NCBI GenBank assembly: GCA_016839765.1
Contig: JAEOTP010000016.1
Coordinates: 134,785-198,784, forward strand
Reading direction: 5' to 3'
Source of the DNA: Promethearchaeota archaeon
GTDB taxonomy: Archaea; Asgardarchaeota; Lokiarchaeia; Sigyniarchaeales; SOKP01
DNA length: 64,000 bases
In this document: piece after piece, positions 59,900-64,000 of the stretch
How positions within the stretch are numbered: the first letter of the stretch is position 1
Layout of the letters: each line of letters starts with the position of its first letter
Position numbers and translations under genes: made by a program
Notes under the pieces: model-generated
What the model was told of the DNA's origin: nothing
What the model saw: only the letters and a program-made list of their open reading frames with translations
Database searches by the model: none

Positions 59900-61612
59900 A
59901 TGTGTAAAAATAAATACAAAATTTTTGCAATCCTATTAATTATCTTGAGTATTTGGAGTACTTCAATTCATCAAATAATTCCAAATTCTAAAATTAAGGA
60001 TCCTTATAACAATAATTTAGAATATAATCTACAAACTCAAGGATTTTCGGAGGATGATTATATTCCGATTATTGAAGATGAAAAACAAGCATTAGGTAAT
60101 ATAACCATAACCAGTTTTGATTTTGATGAAGTCGGATTTTTTAATTACTCTCAAAAATATCCTGATCTCGATGATGATTTCATCTCTGAAGCCTTAAATA
60201 TGACTTTTCTTGGAATTAATTTCACAGAAACTAAAAATGTTGCTCAAATTGATAATCTTGATGAAGAAATAATTGATTCAAGGAAAATAACCGTAGTTCT
60301 TAATGAATCTATTTTTGTTAAATATAATACTTCAGTTCCTAATTCAGAAGGTTATTTAATATATGGACCTCGGTTATATCCCTGTAAATTAAGCCAACTC
60401 CGAATTTTAAGTTATGGAACAGGTTATGTAAAGGAAGTTCCTGAAGCAAATTACAGCATTGATGGCTCAAACTTTTTAAAATTCATATTCGATGAAAATT
60501 TCAAAAAAACATCTCACAATTTTTCGATGTATCTTATATGGGAATATAATTTAACAATAAGAGAGTGGGTATTATTTCAACATCCAGACAAAATTTTAGT
60601 TTCACAAGAAGAACAAGTAGTAAATGCACTTTTTCATTATGGTTTCAGTGTTCAAGGTGCTAAATTTGCCACAAATTCTTTATCTTCAAAAGTTAATGCT
60701 GATAATCTTGATATTAATCTACAAGTAAATCCCCCTGATAAAGAATTGCTTGCTGATTATAGTTTAGAAATTAATAATGATACAATCGATGATTTCGTGA
60801 ATATCGATAACTCAATCAATATATCGACTACAGGAAATCAAGAATCTATAAATTTAAATTTTACAACCAGTTATACTGTTAAATTTGTAAACCCAGTTGG
60901 CAACACTTGGGCAATTGACCGTTTGATAGAAAGGAGAAATGTGAGAGAAAGAATTTATTTTCCTTCATTAATAGACGGACCAAAACATATCATCTTAAAA
61001 TATCTTATGATTTATGAAAAAACTATAATATTAGATCAAGTATTTACGAATTCTTCTTTATTTGAAAGACCTGTTTTATATTATGATCTAAATTTGACCC
61101 AAATAGAGGAGGCATTTAAACAAAGTTTAATATTTACTGAAAATGCTATAAAAAAGCAAGGGTTAAAATTAATTCTTCCATATCTTATCGTTGGAGAAGT
61201 TAATCCCGTAATGATTAAATATGATGCTAATAACGTTTTATTAATTAAAGTTACTGATAATATTAACATGCCTTTAGTAGGAGTAAATATCATATTATAT
61301 TATTATCAAAAACAATATGGTACATATATTTCTAACGATTTAATTCAGCCAATGGCACCCGTTTCTACAAATGAAAATGGGGAAGCTGTGATTAGAAATG
61401 TACCAAATGGCAATTATACTGTTATGATATATGAAGATGGAAGATTAATAAAAGAAAGTACTGTAAATACATATCAAAGATTTAATTATATTGTCTCAGA
61501 TGAACTCCATTTCCCTTTAGTAATTCTGATATTTGGGGTTATAAGTGGTGTATTTATATTATTAGGGGTTATTTTTTATATTCAATATAAAAACCGTCAA
61601 AATCTTACATGA
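59900..61612 (+). CDS. Secreted, C-terminally anchored surface protein with a carboxypeptidase-regulatory-like beta-sandwich
   Basis: Signal peptide, many sequons, PLVGVNI...TNENGEA.IRNVPNGNYTV, C-terminal TM. Confidence 0.8.
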   Translation: MCKNKYKIFAILLIILSIWSTSIHQIIPNSKIKDPYNNNLEYNLQTQGFSEDDYIPIIEDEKQALGNITITSFDFDEVGFFNYSQKYPDLDDDFISEALNMTFLGINFTETKNVAQIDNLDEEIIDSRKITVVLNESIFVKYNTSVPNSEGYLIYGPRLYPCKLSQLRILSYGTGYVKEVPEANYSIDGSNFLKFIFDENFKKTSHNFSMYLIWEYNLTIREWVLFQHPDKILVSQEEQVVNALFHYGFSVQGAKFATNSLSSKVNADNLDINLQVNPPDKELLADYSLEINNDTIDDFVNIDNSINISTTGNQESINLNFTTSYTVKFVNPVGNTWAIDRLIERRNVRERIYFPSLIDGPKHIILKYLMIYEKTIILDQVFTNSSLFERPVLYYDLNLTQIEEAFKQSLIFTENAIKKQGLKLILPYLIVGEVNPVMIKYDANNVLLIKVTDNINMPLVGVNIILYYYQKQYGTYISNDLIQPMAPVSTNENGEAVIRNVPNGNYTVMIYEDGRLIKESTVNTYQRFNYIVSDELHFPLVILIFGVISGVFILLGVIFYIQYKNRQNLT

Positions 61613-61938
61613 TTGTTATTTTTATTGACAATTTAGAGAATTTTATTGAATTTTTAAAAAAAAGAATAATGAATGAGATTTTCTACGAATTTAAAGAAAA
61701 TCCCAGTGAATCAGATTTAAACAGTGAAATCAAAATTGAGATTATACTTCATTTTTTAGCTAAAGTTGAGGGAAATTTAATATTATATGAAACTAAACAA
61801 TCAATCAATAAACCAAGTAATACTAATGTTGATAAAGAAGTAATAAATTCTTTAAATAATATTTTTACTCAAGTAGATCCTTCATTAGCACTTGTAAAAG
61901 GAAAGATAAGAGAGATTTTTTTATCCTATTCTACCTAA
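61609..61938 (+). CDS. Hypothetical protein
   Basis: ATGA overlap with the upstream gene indicates translational coupling. Confidence 0.7.
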   Translation: MIVIFIDNLENFIEFLKKRIMNEIFYEFKENPSESDLNSEIKIEIILHFLAKVEGNLILYETKQSINKPSNTNVDKEVINSLNNIFTQVDPSLALVKGKIREIFLSYST

Positions 61939-61947
61939 AAGAATTTT

Positions 61948-63501
61948 TTATTTAGAATTTATTAATTCTCCATATCCAATTAATCTATATCTTCTATTTA
62001 TAATTCTGGATATAGCAAATATAAATTCTTCAGGAATACAAATTGGAGGATTTAATTGTAAGATATAAGAATTTTTAAGAATCTTTGTGATAGTTCCAGC
62101 GGTTTTTTCTGTACCCACAACTAATAATAACTTTTCATTGTGTTTAAGCTCTGTAACTTTTATTTGCATTTCTGAACCAATAACTCTTTCAAGGAGGTGG
62201 ACTTTTAATTCAACTTCAGAAATAACCTCAGGTAAAGTATTTGGCTTTCCGACTAAATGGCCTATTAATGAATCTCCTTTAGTTAAAGTAGGGTCTAGCT
62301 TAGTTCTTAATCCTATTAATCCGCCTGGTTTAGCTTCATCTAAAAGGCTAGTACCTTGACTTATACTTACTACTTTTGACTTAATTGGTGTATAAGTGTT
62401 TTTTATTCTTATGCCTGGCTTGATTTCTATTTCTTCTCCTACATTTATTTTCCCTTTTAAAACTGACCCTCCAATTACACCGCCTTTTAATTTTTCAATA
62501 TCGGTTCCGGGTTTGTTAATATCAAAAGATCTAGCTATTAAAAATTGAAATTCTTCATCTTCATTTAATTTTGGAGAGGGTATAAGGACTTCAAAAGCCC
62601 TTACAACTAATTCGATATTAGTACCAAATACGGCTGAGATAGGTATTATGGGAGCATTTTCTGCAATTGTACCTTTAATAAATTTTTTTATTTGCTTATA
62701 ATTCTCAAAAGCTTGTTCTTTTGAAACTGCATCAATTTTATTTTGAATTATTATTATCTTTTTAATTCCTGCTATATTTAAAGCAGCAAGATGCTCTCGA
62801 GATTGGGGTTGAGGGCAAATCTCATCAGCTGCAATTAATAAACAAGCACCATTCATTAATGATGCTCCACTTAACATTGTAGCCATTAAAATTTCATGTC
62901 CTGGAGCATCTACAAAAGAGATATTTCTTCTAAACTCTATATTCCCTCCACATTTAGTACAACTCAACTTGGTTTGACCTTTTTTACGAGCTTTTTCTGC
63001 CATATAATAAGTTAGATACTCATCACATTCAGGACAATATAAAATTGTAGCATTCGAATAGCCTAATTTTATTGATATTCCCCTCTCCTGCTCCTCTGAG
63101 TGCCTATCAGTCCAATCTCCCGTAAAAGTTTTAACAAGGGTTGTTTTTCCGTGATCTACATGTCCTACTAACCCTATATTGCATTCTGATTGTTGTTTTA
63201 TCAGTTCCTTTAGATGAGATGCCTTTTCAGATGAAAATTTTTTTGAAGGTCTTTTTACCACCTTTTTAGGAGCTGTTTCTTTTGGAAGTTCAGATTTGTC
63301 TTTTTCTTTGGATTTTAATAATTCTTTTGCGTTGTTTATATATTTAATTGCTGTGGATTCTCCCACTCCTTTAATTTTGATACTGGTCAAATCTGTAGGT
63401 TTACTTGAAGCTAATTTTTCAATTGTGTCTATCCCCGCTGCTCTCATTTTTTCAGCGGTAGCTTTACCTATTCCAGAAATATCTTCTAAATCTTGCGTCA
63501 T
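61948..63501 (-). CDS. eif2g: Translation initiation factor 2 gamma subunit with N-terminal HhH domain
   Basis: GHVDHGKT, RGISIKLGY, DAPGH, QNKID, RSFDINKPG, LIGYG; N-terminal ISGIGKATAEK / KGVGESTA. Confidence 0.96.
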   Translation of the reverse strand: MTQDLEDISGIGKATAEKMRAAGIDTIEKLASSKPTDLTSIKIKGVGESTAIKYINNAKELLKSKEKDKSELPKETAPKKVVKRPSKKFSSEKASHLKELIKQQSECNIGLVGHVDHGKTTLVKTFTGDWTDRHSEEQERGISIKLGYSNATILYCPECDEYLTYYMAEKARKKGQTKLSCTKCGGNIEFRRNISFVDAPGHEILMATMLSGASLMNGACLLIAADEICPQPQSREHLAALNIAGIKKIIIIQNKIDAVSKEQAFENYKQIKKFIKGTIAENAPIIPISAVFGTNIELVVRAFEVLIPSPKLNEDEEFQFLIARSFDINKPGTDIEKLKGGVIGGSVLKGKINVGEEIEIKPGIRIKNTYTPIKSKVVSISQGTSLLDEAKPGGLIGLRTKLDPTLTKGDSLIGHLVGKPNTLPEVISEVELKVHLLERVIGSEMQIKVTELKHNEKLLLVVGTEKTAGTITKILKNSYILQLNPPICIPEEFIFAISRIINRRYRLIGYGELINSK

Positions 63502-63636
63502 ATCAAATTAAATATAAATTCTTCTGATTACTTTACCTTCAAGAATTATTCTAAATTCTCTAGGAAAATATAAGATGTATTTTATATTAAATTAATCGTC
63601 AAATATAAGATTTTTATATAAATTTAAATGGATATC

Positions 63637-63864
63637 CTATTTTTGCGTTTCAATAGTTTTAATGGCACCAGCTTTCTTTTCAAGCTCTTTATATGAAACT
63701 CTTAAAAGACTATCAACATAAAAAGTAGATAATTTACCACATGATTTATCGTTATGATAAATATATACTGGAGCAGGATATTGAGACGGATCTATATCTT
63801 CCTTCTCAATTTTAAATCTTATTTTTTCATTACAGTGGGGACAAAAATTAAATCGAAGTGGCAT
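63637..63864 (-). CDS. Small putative metal-binding protein
   Basis: CPHC...H...C...FYVDS.LRV. Confidence 0.65.
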   Translation of the reverse strand: MPLRFNFCPHCNEKIRFKIEKEDIDPSQYPAPVYIYHNDKSCGKLSTFYVDSLLRVSYKELEKKAGAIKTIETQK

Positions 63865-64000
63865 TGGGGAACTTGTACCTTTATGTTATATTAACCATAA
63901 TCTTATTTTTAATTAGTTATAATATCAGAAAATATATTATTTACTCTAAAAATAAATATAAATCGAATTACTTTTACTATTATTAGTTGAGATGAAGCAA

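Noticed and set aside
1640-63511. Many 60-180 aa ORFs lying inside longer genes (e.g. 1640, 4967, 27409, 45541, 46149, 62087)
   Set aside because: They overlap well-supported genes on the opposite strand or in another frame and have no motifs.

Overview
An AT-rich, gene-dense archaeal chromosome segment, very probably from an Asgard archaeon (Lokiarchaeia-like). This is inferred from archaeal information genes (TBP, TFS, aIF2-gamma, CDC48, deoxyhypusine synthase, PSTK, tetraether synthase) occurring together with eukaryotic-signature-type genes: four Rab/Ras-like small GTPases, two V4R/Bet3-fold proteins, three longin-like proteins and ribosomal eL22. Metabolic content includes an acyl-CoA ligase, a reductive-dehalogenase-family protein, an argS-agmatinase-DHS operon, a form III RuBisCO with ribose-1,5-bisphosphate isomerase, a ROK kinase with a phosphohexomutase, UvrC, and a PadR-headed double ABC-2 exporter operon. 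I saw no rRNA, tRNA, CRISPR array or transposase. The strongest unexplained signals are: (1) a protein built of exact 35-aa repeats resembling the nebulin actin-binding module; (2) a GC-rich, multiply base-paired non-coding element plus perfect palindromes upstream of the tetraether synthase gene; (3) repeated GTPase + V4R gene linkage, once with a thioredoxin in between; (4) an STI1-like insertion in an ABC ATPase; (5) an HhH-domain fusion on aIF2-gamma; (6) an NPRL2/uDENN-like protein with a probable ATT start codon. All family assignments come from motif recognition by eye; no database searches were run.
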